Positions 48,206 to 61,535 are shown, counted from the whole stretch's first letter. The stretch is 63,306 bases of DNA, filler included, from Circinaria calcarea (GCA_051942165.1; 19 parts of 19 records of this genome joined end to end with filler, not necessarily neighbours in it); one strand, 5' to 3'. Numbers and translations are program-made. The notes: generated by a model from the letters alone, not told the origin.

Positions 48206-49994
48206 ATGTGGGCGGCACCAAGATTCCTCTTACCTCGCAGACATTTGGGCTCTGCCCTATGTAAGAACCTCGCTACTCAGAACTTCGTAATGACACGAAC
48301 GAAGCAATGGCAGAAAGCTAAGCCAACAAAACGCCAGAAAGTCAAACCAGGGACTACAAATGCAGGATCCTCGAATGAAGATATTCTGCTGGCTGATGTT
48401 AGACGCCTAATATCTACCTTGTCCCTTGGAAAAGGAGAAAAGCTATCAGGCCCAATAGAGACAGGGGGGACCCTAACCAAGCGATTCAGTGAGATTGAGG
48501 TGAAAATATCAGAGATATCTTCTACCGGCGATGGTCTTGGATTTGCAGCCGAATCTGATCATGTTTATGTCGTACCTTTTACAGCTCCTGGCGATCTTGT
48601 GCGAGCAAAAGTCGTCAATTACAATGCTGCTGAGAACTATACTCTGACCGATTTCGTTGAAGTGATTGAACCTTCTCCACAACGTGATGATGCTCGCATT
48701 GGCTGCCGTTACTTTGCGAAATGTTCAGGCTGCCAGTTGCAAATGCTATCCTACGAGGATCAGCTGGCTCACAAGAAGACTATCATTGAGAGAGCGTACA
48801 AGAATTTCTCTACTCTAGCCCCCGAATCTATCCCTTCGGTGGGCGATACAATTGGGTCACCACTTCAGTACGGATATCGAACAAAACTGACTCCACATTT
48901 TGATCAGCCAAGGGGTAACCGGAACCGAAATGACAGACCTGATACCGGGGAGACCACGGAACCCCAGGAAGTCCCGGACATAGGGTTCATGTACAAAAAT
49001 AGAAGGAAAACCCTCGATATCGAGGACTGCCCGATTGGTACAGATGCAGTGAGGAAAGGAATGAAGAGCGAGAGAGAAAGGGTGGCAAGGGAGATTAGAA
49101 AGTACAAAAGAGGAGCTACTCTTTTACTACGAGAAAGCACCAGTAGAACATCAATTATAACCCCTCCAGAGGCGAAAACACCCACAAATGACATCTCTCA
49201 TCAAACACCTACAGATCACACCTCTCATCAATTATCCGAAAACATACCCAGTTCAACATCCAAGGACCCGGATCCACCCACGCTCACCCCCAAAACCGCC
49301 ATCTCCTCCAACTCCCTCCCCCACGTCCCCATAACCGAAACAAAAACCTGCATTACCGACTCCAACGCCACCGCAACCGAATACATAGACTCCTACATAT
49401 TCACCAACACCGCCGGCGCCTTCTTCCAGAACAACAACTCCATCCTCCCCCGCTTCACCGCCTACATCCGCCAGCACATCCTGCCTCCCCCGTCCGCCCG
49501 CCCCGTTCGCCACCTCATCGACGCATACTGCGGCTCCGGCCTCTTCACCATCACACTCTCCTCCCTCTTCGCCTCCTCAACCGGCATCGACATCTCCCCC
49601 TTATCCATCACCGCCGCCGATAAAAACGCAGCGGCAAACCGCACCCCCAACGCCACCTTCATGACCGCCGACGCCTCGGCTCTGTTCCAAAAAGTCACGT
49701 ATCCTCCCGACGAGACCGTCGTTGTCATCGACCCACCGAGAAAAGGTTGCGATGACGAGTTCCTGTCGCAGCTGCTGCGCTTCGGGCCCCGGAGAGTGGT
49801 CTATGTGAGTTGCAACGTGCATACCCAAGCGAGGGATGTCGGCGTTCTGGTCGAGGGCAAGGGAGGGGCGAGGTATGATCTGGAGAGTCTGAGGGGATTT
49901 GACTTCTTTCCGCAGACGGGACATGTGGAGGGAGTGGCGATATTGCAGCGGAGTGCTGGGAACGGAGTGGTGGATCGGGGGGGAGGAGGAAGTG
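48206..49994 (+). CDS. TRM2: tRNA (uracil-54-C5)-methyltransferase Trm2 (TRAM + RlmD-type MTase), C-terminus truncated
   Basis: SSTGDGLG, CRYFAKCSGCQLQ, YGYRTKLTPHF, AFFQNN, DAYCGSGLF, IDPPRKG, YVSCNVHTQARD and FDFFPQTGHVE. Confidence 0.95.
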
Positions 49995-50562
49995 NNNNNN
50001 NNNNNNNNNNNNNNNNNNNNNNNNNNNNNNNNNNNNNNTTAATTAATTAANNNNNNNNNNNNNNNNNNNNNNNNNNNNNNNNNNNNNNNNNNNNCCTCAC
50101 TCTCCATCCTCATCCCCTCTAACCCACCCTTATCCCCAATCATCACACACACATACCGATCTTAGAATTTAAGGTTTAAAATCTAATCCACGGTCTAATC
50201 CACGGGTAAAAAGGTAATACTCAATTCGGGGAGGAGAGGGGATGTGTGAGGTGTGTGTGAGTGGGCGGGATGGAACGGGATGGAAGGCCCCCCCTTTTTT
50301 TTTCTTGTTGGGCCAGCAGCAGTTGTATTCTATGTGGATTTTATATGGATAGATAGATAGATGGATAGATAGATAAATGGGGAGTCAGGGTTTGGTTTTG
50401 ACCTAGGTATCTTTGTCTCTATTCTTCCAGCTACCTACAACAGTAGTAGGAGGGACAAGTCACAACTACCTTACTTTACCAGGTACATAAGGCGATGTTA
50501 AGCACGGCTGAGAGCTCCTGAAGTATATACATATACACAGCTAAGCTAACTCTACTCCGCAC

Positions 50563-52197
50563 TCATCCCTCCACCATCTCCAACAGTCCCTGGAGATTAA
50601 TGCTCTTCGGCCTTTCGATCGGCAATCCCAGTGCCCGATCCCAGATCAACTGTGCCAGGGGTCCGAGTCCGCGGCTGACGCCAAAGGTCGCCGTGTAGTA
50701 GAGTGTCTCGTGGAAACCGTAGTGGTGGAAGAGGACGCCGGATGAGGAATCGACGTTTGGGTAAGGGTTTTTGGTCTGGGTAACCGTTAGCGGTCTAGAT
50801 ATATGTTAGCAATTAAAGAGAGAGTGTACCTTTCCGTGTTCCTTTAGTATACCAGGGGCGATCTGCGAGTTCTTTTTAACGAGCTGGAACACTGGATCCT
50901 TGGCTATCTCAGGTCTGGCGGAAGCAAAATCCATTAGAGCTTCGAAGCGGGGATCAGGTTTCCGAAGGACGGCGTGGCCGTAGCCTGGGACTACTTGGCC
51001 AGACTTGAGGGTGCTCCAGAGGTAATCCTTGACGTCGGAGTCGGAGAATGAGGTGCCAATTTGGGATTGCATCTTTAGGATCCAGCGGAGGACTTCTTGT
51101 GCTGCGAGGCTGATATGCTGTCAGACGGAGGTTTGCGTTTATGGGACACGGAAAGTGACTTACCCGTGTAGTGGCCCTGCAAGACCTTGAAGACCTGCAC
51201 TATAACTGAGGAATGGATCGCTGAGTGCACTTCCCACCAAATGCGTCGCATGTGCTGATACGTTTCCTCCTTCGTGATCTCCATGCAGAGCGAGGTACAG
51301 TCGAAGTAGGTCCTGGAAATTCTCGTTTCCCTTTCCACCCTTTCCGAGCATGGCAGCGAAATTGTACGACCAGTCCTGTTCAGGATCCACTTGAGCTGGC
51401 AAGGACCCTCCTCCTCGATATGAGTTCTGATAGATTTTGGCAGCGATGGTTGGTAGTTTGGCTAATAATGAGATGCTATCATCAAACGTTGGTTCCCAAT
51501 AATCTGCTTTGCTGATGCCCTTCTCATAGGCCTTGGCGAACGCCGATGTGTGATTAAGGGTGGAAACGGCGCAAGCAAACTGAGTCATTGGATGTAGGTC
51601 ATCAGGAAAGTTATCGAGCATATGCTCTACAAACTTTGGTAAGGCCGACTTCTCGGCCAATTCCCGAGAGAATGCGCGAATCTGTAAAGTGGACGGGACC
51701 TGCCCTGTCAACAACAACCAGAACATTGCTTCGGGAAGCATCTCGGTTCCTGATGTTCCCTTTGGTAGTTCCCGCTGACAGTCCTTGATAGTCTTGCCGT
51801 GGAACCTGATCCCTTCATTGGCATCCAGTACGGAACCCTCCCATACCATTGCCTTTAAACCTCTGACCATGGCCTTGTTAGCCGCTGACCAATGTCTCTG
51901 TAGGGTTTGCATGCCTCATTCCCCCAATGGTATTCTCGACCTTAACCTCTCCAATAATCTTACTTCCATGGCTTTTTACCTTTTTCAACAGTTCCCTCTT
52001 CGTAGGAATTATCTCCCTCAAAGTAGATTTCAGATCTGGTTCGGAAGCAGAAGAGTAGTTCCTTGAAGGTTTAATGTAGCATGAACGCAGAATTGAAGTC
52101 TGAACTGGGCAGTTAGCTATGGATGTCCCGTAACATGCAACTTGCATACATGTAAACCTCCGGTAACCCTCCCGGGAGACCGTAAACATAAAGACAT
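50563..52197 (-). CDS. mcsA: Mitochondrial 2-methylcitrate synthase, 4 introns
   Basis: [67 protein letters not shown] and YPNVDSSSG. The HGDHE and LAAQE variants are typical of methylcitrate synthases, and it is adjacent to the lyase. Confidence 0.9.
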
Positions 52198-52707
52198 GGT
52201 GGTGTTTGTTTCACATCAGCTACTCGGCTGGTCAACAGCCCGTCGGTGTTGCCACAAGTTCTTAATTCAGCCACCGGATGGGTTCAATTGGCAGCTTTCA
52301 ATTGACATCTGCTGGCAGTGGTCCCCGATGAATTTTGTTCTTCCACAATCCCCCTAAGCCTGGGCCCCGACGTCAGAGGGTGCGGGGAGTACCCCTGAAA
52401 TTTTGTGCTGCCGGGGGAAGCTCCGGGCCATCAAACTTTAATTCCCAACTGCGGAGATTCCCAATTTTAACTTCAACTTCACTTTCACTTCAATAGCGAG
52501 AAAAATGTCAGGAATTTCAATTCAATAGGAAGAGATGATGCTTCCAACCCTAAGCTTTGTGTCATTGCTGTTGAGCTTTAGAGTATCTTCTTCTGAAAGT
52601 GGTAAAAGTCCTCTTGTGGATCGCAAAGGGATAATTTGAAAAGAGGGATTTGCTATCCACATCTTACAGGACTGTAGATGCTTACGAATTCTGGTTCTTG
52701 AGACAAA
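52198..52707. promoter_or_regulatory. Bidirectional promoter of the methylcitrate-cycle gene pair
   Basis: 510-bp head-to-head spacer with a GC-rich core (~52320-52430) of CGG/CCG triplets and a CreA-type SYGGRG site (GCGGGG at 52382). Confidence 0.55.
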
Positions 52708-53323
52708 ATGATGATCCGTTCCATGGCTATGGCCGGCTCCCGGCTGCTTTGTCAAATTCGAGCTTCACCAGTAATTCACTACCCTTCAGTTCCTCATACC
52801 AGTCGATTGACGCTGCGTGGTCCCGCCCTTTGTCGCCCCATGTCTTCTCATGCATCAGCTGAAGCATATCAACTCTTATCTACGGCTGATAAGCAAGGGC
52901 CGTCAGAGGACAGCCTTTACGATCAGCAAGTTCGGGAAGTGAAACAATGGTGGGCAAGTCCGCGGTATGACGGTATCAAACGGCCTTATTCGGCAGACGC
53001 TATCGTGAGTAAACGGGGTTCCTTGCCCCAAACGTACCCAAGTTCTCTCATGGCGAGGAAACTATTCAATCTCCTCAATGAAAGAGCTGCAAACGGGGAG
53101 CCTGTACACACGAGTATGTGATGCCGAACCATCCGAGTTTGATGGTTGACGAAGCTGACTCGGCGTAGTGGGTGCAATCGACCCGGTCCAGATGACACAA
53201 CAAGCCGCAAACCAAGAGATCCTGTATGTATCCGGATGGGCCTGCTCTTCGGTTTTGACAAGCACAAATGAGGTGTCACCTGACTTTGGTGACTACCCCT
53301 ACAATACTGTCCCGAATCAGGTA
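52708..53323 (+). CDS. mclA: Mitochondrial 2-methylisocitrate lyase, 5' fragment
   Basis: Presequence, WWASPRY...KRPYSA...[23 protein letters not shown] and [15 protein letters not shown] (lyase-type WACSS and DFGDYPY rather than ICL WQCSS and DLADYPM). Confidence 0.9.
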
Positions 53324-53423
53324 NNNNNNNNNNNNNNNNNNNNNNNNNNNNNNNNNNNNNNNNNNNNTTAATTAATTAANNNNNNNNNNNNNNNNNNNNN
53401 NNNNNNNNNNNNNNNNNNNNNNN

Positions 53424-53781
53424 GAATCAACGATCTTCTTATTGTACACCACAAACGACACAAACCCCGATGGTAGCACACGCGGAGGGTGATACTCGAA
53501 CTGATTGACCTCGTAGGCTCCCGGGACCAATTTGTAGAACAAGATGGTGGAGACGACGAGTAACATGGACGATATCAAGAGGACGTCGTCGAAGGCAAGG
53601 CGAGCTTTGGTTCGGAATTGAATTAGGGTACGGGTGGTGGCAGCTAGGATGGCGATGGTAAAGAGGAAACCGTATATGCCCTTTTCGAATGTGTTAGTTT
53701 TACAATTAGGTATGACATGTCGTTCTGGGTTCAACCAAGCTCGGAGACTGGCCTTGGGATATTTCTCGATTCGCTGACCAT
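53424..53781 (-). CDS. Pth11-like / Rhod_M integral membrane protein, 5' fragment
   Basis: FLFTIAILAATTRTLIQFRTKARLAFDDVLLISS, the TM1-R...L.xDD-TM2 pattern. Start and intron are inferred. Confidence 0.55.
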
Positions 53782-54628
53782 GTCTATTGATCTGGCTGAG
53801 GGTTATCGGTTTCGCTTCGAATAAACTTGGCAATTAAGGATTTTGACAAAGTAATAGAAGCCTGAAGCTTTCGCTCTTATATCTTTACATTGAGGCTTAA
53901 TATATTGCATAGTATAAAAAGCTGAGTTTTGGCTGTGCCTCCTGGCCAGCCTGCTCTAGAGTTTTTATCCATCCCGATATACATGAAGATGGTGTCTTGG
54001 AACGTATTGTGCCACATCGCATGCTGTACTTGAATAGCTCGTAGTAGGGAATAGGAAACCCAGCATTAGTTAGGACGTTTATGTACATGCATGCAGGTTT
54101 CTTAAACTAAGGTACTTGGCTAGGCGTGAAAGTCAGCTTCGTAGTGCATGAACTGGGAGAAATCATGCGAAGTGTGGGGTGGAGTGGAATTCATAGGCGG
54201 ATGCACCCTCCGAAGATAGCACGTCGTGTCTATCTGCAGCTTCCGAGGGCCTTCAGAAAGGAGGAGCATTATAGGGAGGGCACTACGTCTTCAATATTCT
54301 AGACAGTATAACCAGAATATGTGCACGATAAAAGCTACTGAAATACTATTTAATCATATATATATGTATGATCTGCCGTGTGTAATAAATGTGTGCAAGA
54401 CGTATTAAAAAAACACTCGAGAACCGAGAGTGGGAGGGATAGGATGGCCCGAGGGACAATCTCAGCTCAGCCGCAAACTTGAGCTCAGGGAGGGACAAGA
54501 TATGCAGTCGGCAATACCCAGACTTTCTTTGGGTGCGAATTACACCACGCATATTGACGCGCCGCCCTAGTTTCACATCAGCATTCTGGTAGAAGGCGTA
54601 AAAGACTATAAGCAAACCAAATCTCAAT

Positions 54629-54840
54629 CTAGTCACCTTTCAGGCTGAGAGTCAATTCAAGTGGCACTTTTACCGAGTTCCGCTTAGATCCTACTGCTGA
54701 CCGTAGTGGCTCGGTTGCTCTAGTCGCTATGCCGGGGGTGTCACCACAAACTCCAGGGTAGAATTTACGCCTAAAGTCTGACCGGCCAGAACTCAGTAAA
54801 AGTGCCACTCATTTTGAAGCGCAGCCTGACAGGTGGCCAG
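54629..54840. mobile_element. MITE-like inverted-repeat element (~210 bp)
   Basis: 54641-54680 versus the reverse complement of 54789-54828 match at 32/40 (core AGTGGCACTTTTAC), and the match extends ~12 bp outward. No clean TSD. Confidence 0.65.
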
Positions 54841-55750
54841 CATAGCCTACCTACACTCAAAAACATGCTGTCAAGTCTGCTAATAGCTAGTGCAGTGCAG
54901 GGGCTTTCAACGGGGCGAGGAAATGACTGGCAGTTTCACAAGGCGATACGCTAGGGCTGTACTGTCAGTGCAATATCTTCTACCCTAGCAGTACATTAGT
55001 GCACCACCATTAAACTACACTGCCAACACAGTGCAGATAGCCCGCACTGCACCGGTCGTATTATTGGCGGCCTTTGGTTGGGAGGGGGGCACCGGGATAA
55101 GAACAGTGAATGTGATGGCTTTAAGAACGTGGGGGTGGGGCGCATGGTTGGAGTGTAGAGCATGCAGCAGAGGACACGGAGCATGAAAGCCAGTGACGTG
55201 GAACTTGCCAGGTGTGGTATGAAGAGTAGAAGAATACGGAGCGAAGAGTAGCAGAGAGTATCTGGTGTGGGGCACGTAACCGGGCACGGAACAGCTCAGG
55301 GTGTATATCATATATTATATAGCTAGCATGTAGCCGCTTGGACTACAAGGCACCGAGATGTATGGATATGGAGGACCTGGTGGTATGGAGTGTCTGATAG
55401 GAAGAAGTATGTAGTAGCAAGCAGGTATTAGCATCAATTTAGGGAAAATCATAGAGCGTATAATGGTATAGATCTGCTCTTCGGCCTACTAGGGTTTAAG
55501 TATTCCAGTCATATGTAATGTCCCGCGAGGAACCCGTGACTGCGTATTCCTTGCCAAGAAGCGAATGGGGTATTAACAATATCTCCTGAAGCGAGAGTTA
55601 AGATATTAAGCATTAGTATTAAAAGGAGCATCGTATACAGGAGGACTTTGCCTTACTGCATTACAATAATCCTTACTATCAATCATAGTTATATCCCCAC
55701 TAGTACCCAATACCCTCACCCTCATTCACTCATTCACACATCTTCATAAT

Positions 55751-56651
55751 CTAAGCCTTGTTCGCGAACCCAAGACGAGGCGCAGATCCTGTCAGGTCAA
55801 AGACCATAAACTGCGACTTGAGGAAGACGTCACCATAGATGGCGAATCCAATACCAGCATCGGATTGGATTCCGCCATAGCACACTGGGGGTCTGATGTT
55901 AGCAATAACGGTTTTTGTGAGGATCGTAAGTGGAAAGGCTTTGACTTACTAGTTCTGCTAATAGGAGCATAATTGATGTAGGAACCGGGAACGACAGCTC
56001 GATACAGACCAATATTGACGATGAAATTAGGCAGCACAGTGTTGCAGGGGAAAATGTATCCACCCGCAAAACGGCTATTGGTTGCGCCTGTGACTTGAGC
56101 ATAGTAAGCGGCGACGACTGTGTCACTGAGGAGCATGAGAGTGGTGCCGGTATCAGCGATACCCTTGTCGCCCGGTCGCGGCTTGCTAATTCCGATAACG
56201 ATGGATGTGGGGGTGAAGGTCCAGAATCCGCGGGAGCTGTCGACTGGAGTGTAGGTGATGGAGCCGGTATATTCAGAAGAGTCAATGTAGCCGAAATTAT
56301 AAGTACCGGGAGCACCGGCCTTGAGGTTGGCGGTAAAGAGTGCTTGAGGGAGACCTTGGTCGATAGCCGTGGTGAGGAAGGTTTTTTGCTTGATAGGTGA
56401 AACTGCAATCGGGATTAGGTTAGTGGTGCGGGCGGGTTGTAGACAGACTATGAATTGAGATACCGGTATTAAGCTTATCAAAAGCCAGCCCACATAAGCC
56501 ATCTGTAGCACCGCGTATGAATCCCGAACTCGCTTGAGTCGCAGACTCAACGGCTTGATTTTTTACCATCGTCCCACCTACCCTGACTCCATCTGAGTAG
56601 ACATTGCCGCTTGCATTGGAGCCGTCCCCGTATCTAATGGACCAAGTGTAG
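55751..56651 (-). CDS. Secreted-type aspartic protease (family A1, endothiapepsin/aspergillopepsin-like), 5'-truncated, 2 introns
   Basis: [64 protein letters not shown] and LGFA. Confidence 0.94.
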
Positions 56652-57408
56652 NNNNNNNNNNNNNNNNNNNNNNNNNNNNNNNNNNNNNNNNNNNNTTAAT
56701 TAATTAANNNNNNNNNNNNNNNNNNNNNNNNNNNNNNNNNNNNNNNNNNNNGGGATGGCTTGTAGGTAGGTGGGTGGGACTGTTTGAAGAAGTGTCAGTG
56801 TCTGATTAGGGTGTATGTGATTGGGTTTTCTCAGTAGACTGGAATTACCATTGTGTTATGGTCTAGTCTGAGAGTTTCGTGATGAATATACACTTGTGAT
56901 GCTTTCTATACAGCACGTAATTAGCATACGAAGCAGTAGAAGCACTATTTTGTTGGTTTCTATATACCTACGCTGACGCAAACCAATTGCTGAGCTGCTA
57001 TGATATGGAGCTACTCTGTATGTTGTCGGCAGCTCGGATGTAAACAATGCGCGGCTAGCCCTGTCAGGGAGTCAGGGTTCCGATCTGGACCCTGACACAT
57101 TGGCGCCAATTGCGATCTCAGCCTTATAAACTATACCTTCCCCGAAGAGCTCGAGGGCACAGGGGTTACACTCAGGGGAAAGGGACTAGGGATTTCTCAC
57201 AGTTCGGCGGGTATGAGGTGCATGTGGGACGCACGCCATCTTCTTGGCTGCTACCCCGTAACCTGTTACGGCCATGGGGAGTTGGGCGGTCTAAGTGGTC
57301 TGCCGGGCGTTGAATGGTGGTATGTATCCCCCGTGTTTCTCAACAGATGGTCTCTAACCCTCAGTGTTGTTCCAGATTTAACCGAATCCATGTACGGTGC
57401 AGTGATCA

Positions 57409-59979
57409 ATGGTGTTAAAGGACCACGGCAGCCTAATGACGACAATTCATCCAAATCGACCTTTGAATAATGGCAGGGCGAATAGCTCTGGCAATCAGGT
57501 GAACTTGAACAGACAAGCCTCCCTTTCTTCTTTTCCTTCCTCCCGCACGCCATCAACCAACTCTATGCGAAATGGCGTTTCGCCGGCAGTACATCTTCCC
57601 ACTCGAACGCGTCGCGGCGAGTCGGATAGTGGGTCGCGAACTCCTTCGACGCCATCCTCAATTGCTCCTGTGACTGGAGGTTCTCAACCAACCCAACGGG
57701 TCCGCAAGATCAAATCTCAATATCCAGCCGATTCTCCAGAGCGACATGTGGAATATATACTTGTAGCTTCCTTTCACATCGACCATGGCGCGATCATGGA
57801 GCATCAATACCCCGGAGCTATCAGTGGGGACGAGAATATGCTGGCAGCGCTCATGCTACCTGATCAGGCTCATGTAAGGAATCAGGATTGGACCATTTTC
57901 TTCCTACACAAGGATGACGATGAAGAAGAAGAGGCTACGAAACGGAAAGCACAGGCTAAGAAAAAGCGGGAGAAAGCTAGAAAGGAATCAGCTTCCTCCG
58001 AAGACAATGGTCCCAAACATAGCAGGAGTGCCGACGTTGATACAGATCTGTCAGACGAGGAATCCGGAGATCAAAATGAAGAGGAGAACGAGGACGAGGA
58101 AGAGGATGAGGAGGAAGGCGGGGAAGGGCCACCACTTATATATGTATTAAACTTGGTCAATACTAAACAAGACATATCGGCCAAAAGGTGCTTCAGTCCA
58201 CATCATCTTGATCTATGTCATACTGACGAGCCACCAACGATAGAGGTGCAGTCGTCAAAGCAATGGCTATTTGTACTCGACATTCCTTTTTACACATATA
58301 CAAGGTGACCATCAATTAGGATCGGACTTCCTGATGCTGCTAACTAGGATTCAGCCTTTACTATTGTTAGCCTTAGAAGAATACTTCAAATCACCATTCC
58401 CGGAAACATTGGCATCCTTGTATGATGCGGTCAACGCCATGGATCTTTCACTGATGCCCCGACTTTCCATGCTAGAACGATTCGTTTTGCAGTCCAGCGA
58501 TACGAAGGATCTCTTCATCGAGAAATTCGAACAGATGATACAGCAAAGAATGGCCCTGGAGCCTGCGAGTAATCAACCATCATCACCAGATTCGCCATCA
58601 AAATCCAATCTTGATCTCAGCCGGTTTGGACAACGCTATACACTTCCTCGAGATACCCACGAATACGAGTCGCGAGTCGATTACAACGGAATTCCAATCC
58701 CTATCAAAGTACCTACAGCAATCTCCCCTGAAACAGTCGGAGACTTTTCCATCATCAAACTCATCCAGACATTCTCCGCTCCCCACGCAGCTTCTCCGCA
58801 ACCCTTCATGCTGCATCCCCATTTGACCACAAGTGGAGCTTTCACTCATCCTATTCTTGTTCTTGTCAACGCCATGCTGACTCAGAAACGTGTCATCTTC
58901 CTGGGCCATAACCGCCCTTCGGGTGAAGTTGCCGAAGCAGTCCTCGCCGCATGTTCCCTCGTGTCGGGGGGTATCCTCCGTGGCTTCACCCGTCATGCTT
59001 TCCCTTATACGGACCTTACGAAGATCACTGACCTCCTTAATGTGCCAGGCTTCATAGCTGGCGTTACCAATCCTACGTTTGCCAATCACCCCCAGTGGTG
59101 GGATCTCCTCTGCGACATCCCAACCGGTCGTATGAAGATTAGCCATAAAATAGATCCAGCCACTGTCACAGACGGCCTCATGTACTTTCAACAACAAAAC
59201 CCAACATATGCCCCAAACACTACAGGCACCAATGGTCCTTCCCTTTCCCTCTCAACCGATATGACGGGCGATCAAACCTTCATCGACGACATTCTACGTA
59301 GTATCACCTCCCGCCACGGTGAATCTGCAATCCGCGCAAAGTGGCGAGATTATATCATCAAATTCACCCGCATTGCTGCTGCTTTCGAGGAATCTGTCTA
59401 TGGCGCCTCCGCTCTCTACATTGGCGCATCTGAAGCCGACGTTGGTGCCTTTGGCGTCTCGGGTCACGGCTACGTCTGGCCAGATGATCAAAGCAGAGGG
59501 AAAGAGCTAGGCGGTAATGTATGGCGGATTGAAGGATGGCGGAACACACGGAGCTACTACAGTTTCATCCAAGACCTCGTGGCTTTCTGGGGCCGCAAGC
59601 CGATCCGCGGTCTCGATCTCGCGTACCAACACGATCGCTTACGAATGCTGAAACTTAGCCATGAAGACAGTGGACGGATTTTCCTTGCGTTCAGTGAGGC
59701 TATCAAAACTTATGACGAGGTATGCCAGTTACTTACTGTCACTCCGGAAAGCCATGCGGGGCTTTTTTATCTAGGACTAGGGTTATTCCATCCGGATCGG
59801 AAGGTCCGGGTCGCCACGGTAGAGTTACTGGACAGGATCAGGGAACACGAGGCCGGGCGACACTTTTGGGGTATGTTGAGTAGGTTTGCGAAATTGGCGT
59901 TCTTCAGGTGTAGGAGGCAAATAAAAGGGAGGGGTTCGGAAGGTGGAGGGGAAGGGGAGAGTCCGGTCAAGGATAAGGG
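57409..59979 (+). CDS. mesA: Arf3-interacting polarity protein Afi1/MesA (Afi1 + SPA, DENN-like), 3'-truncated, 2 introns
   Basis: [14 protein letters not shown]...[28 protein letters not shown]...[39 protein letters not shown] and FPYTDL. Exact start codon uncertain. Confidence 0.9.
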
Positions 59980-60079
59980 NNNNNNNNNNNNNNNNNNNNN
60001 NNNNNNNNNNNNNNNNNNNNNNNTTAATTAATTAANNNNNNNNNNNNNNNNNNNNNNNNNNNNNNNNNNNNNNNNNNNN

Positions 60080-61058
60080 TTATGGTAATGTCATTGAGCT
60101 ATGGGAACAACAGTGTTCTGATGTTTGCTAGGGTTGTCTTCGTCCTGATGCTCATTTCGTCGATTGCTTTCTACGCGATGGCTTTCCGTGTCCCCGTTGT
60201 AGGTACCATTTGTTTACCTGGATTTTTCTGTATCAACACTAACAGCAAACAGCAAAAACGCCTCTTCCACATTTTGACTGCCTTCATCACCACCTTTGCC
60301 GCAATCTCTTACTTTGCCATGGCAACAGGTGATGGTATCTCATTCCACCACACCGTCATCAAGGAATCCCACAAGCACGTTCCCGACACCACCCAGGATA
60401 TCTACCGTGAAGTTTATTGGGCTCGTTATGTCGACTGGAGCGTTACCACCCCACTATTGCTTATGGACCTTGCCTTCCTTGCAGGATTGAGCGGTGCCAA
60501 CATTCTGGTCGCCGTTGTCGCCGACGTTATCATGATCTTGACTGGTCTCTTTGCTGCCTTTGGCGCCGAAGGTGGACAGAAGTGGGGTTATTATGCCATG
60601 GCTTGTCTTGCCTACCTCGTGGTTATCTATCAGCTTGCTGTCCACGGTCGTGCCATGGCGCAGTCGAAGGACGCCAAGACCGGCACCTTTTACATGGCTA
60701 TCGGTGGGTTCACTTTGATCCTGTGGACCATTTACCCAATGTATGTTTGCCATTCTGATATTATAAATTTCACGCTGATTTCAAATAGCATCTGGGGTAT
60801 TGCTGATGGGTCCCGAACTATCGGTGTTGACGGTGAGATCATCGGCTATGCAGTCCTTGACGTCCTTGCCAAGCCTGTCTTTGGATTCTGGTTGCTATTC
60901 ACTCATGACTCCTTGTCATCTTCGTAAGTTTCCTGCATGCACATCCTGACAGTATCGCGCTAATCAATACTAGATCAATCTCCCTTGATGGCTTCTGGGC
61001 CCACGGTCTCAGTAAGGAGGGTAGCCTCCGTGTCGGTGAAGACGACGAAGGCGCGTAA
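60080..61058 (+). CDS. Microbial (type 1) rhodopsin, Leptosphaeria-rhodopsin-like, 5'-truncated, 4 introns
   Basis: Helix C RYVDWSVTTPLLLMDL (DTD), helix G YAVLDVLAK (Schiff-base Lys), WGIADGSRTIGVDGEII and C-terminus GFWAHGL...LRVGEDDEGA*. Confidence 0.93.
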
Positions 61059-61535
61059 ATATCTAGTCGGCCGACTGAACCATAAAACAGCTTGCGCGCA
61101 GTGTCAATATCGTGGTGTCAGTCAAGATATGAGAGATGGAAAGAAGGAGAGAGACGTGGAGATACCAGCATGCATGGTTTTACCGATGAGACTGTTGCCG
61201 AAGTAATATCGAAATTGTTTTTATTCCATAGCTTTTACTTCTCGGGCGGGTGGGATGCTTTGTCGACTCTGAATTTGGAACAGCATTGATTGTTTGCCCG
61301 AACCCTGTAAATTAATAGCACCGAATCGAAAGGGGAAAAGTTTTAGTTTGCTCTAGTTTTCTTGTGACATGTTGTGCTTGCTTCCCGAATGACTATGCCT
61401 CGACCCATTTGATGTCATCTGTACGAGGAATGCATGCCTCTTTCTTCCCTCCTCTTCCCCTCTCCTAAGATGAGGATGGTAAGATCAATCAATCGACTCG
61501 GTCTCCCTCGAACCTCTGATGAAAGTCTTCGCGCC

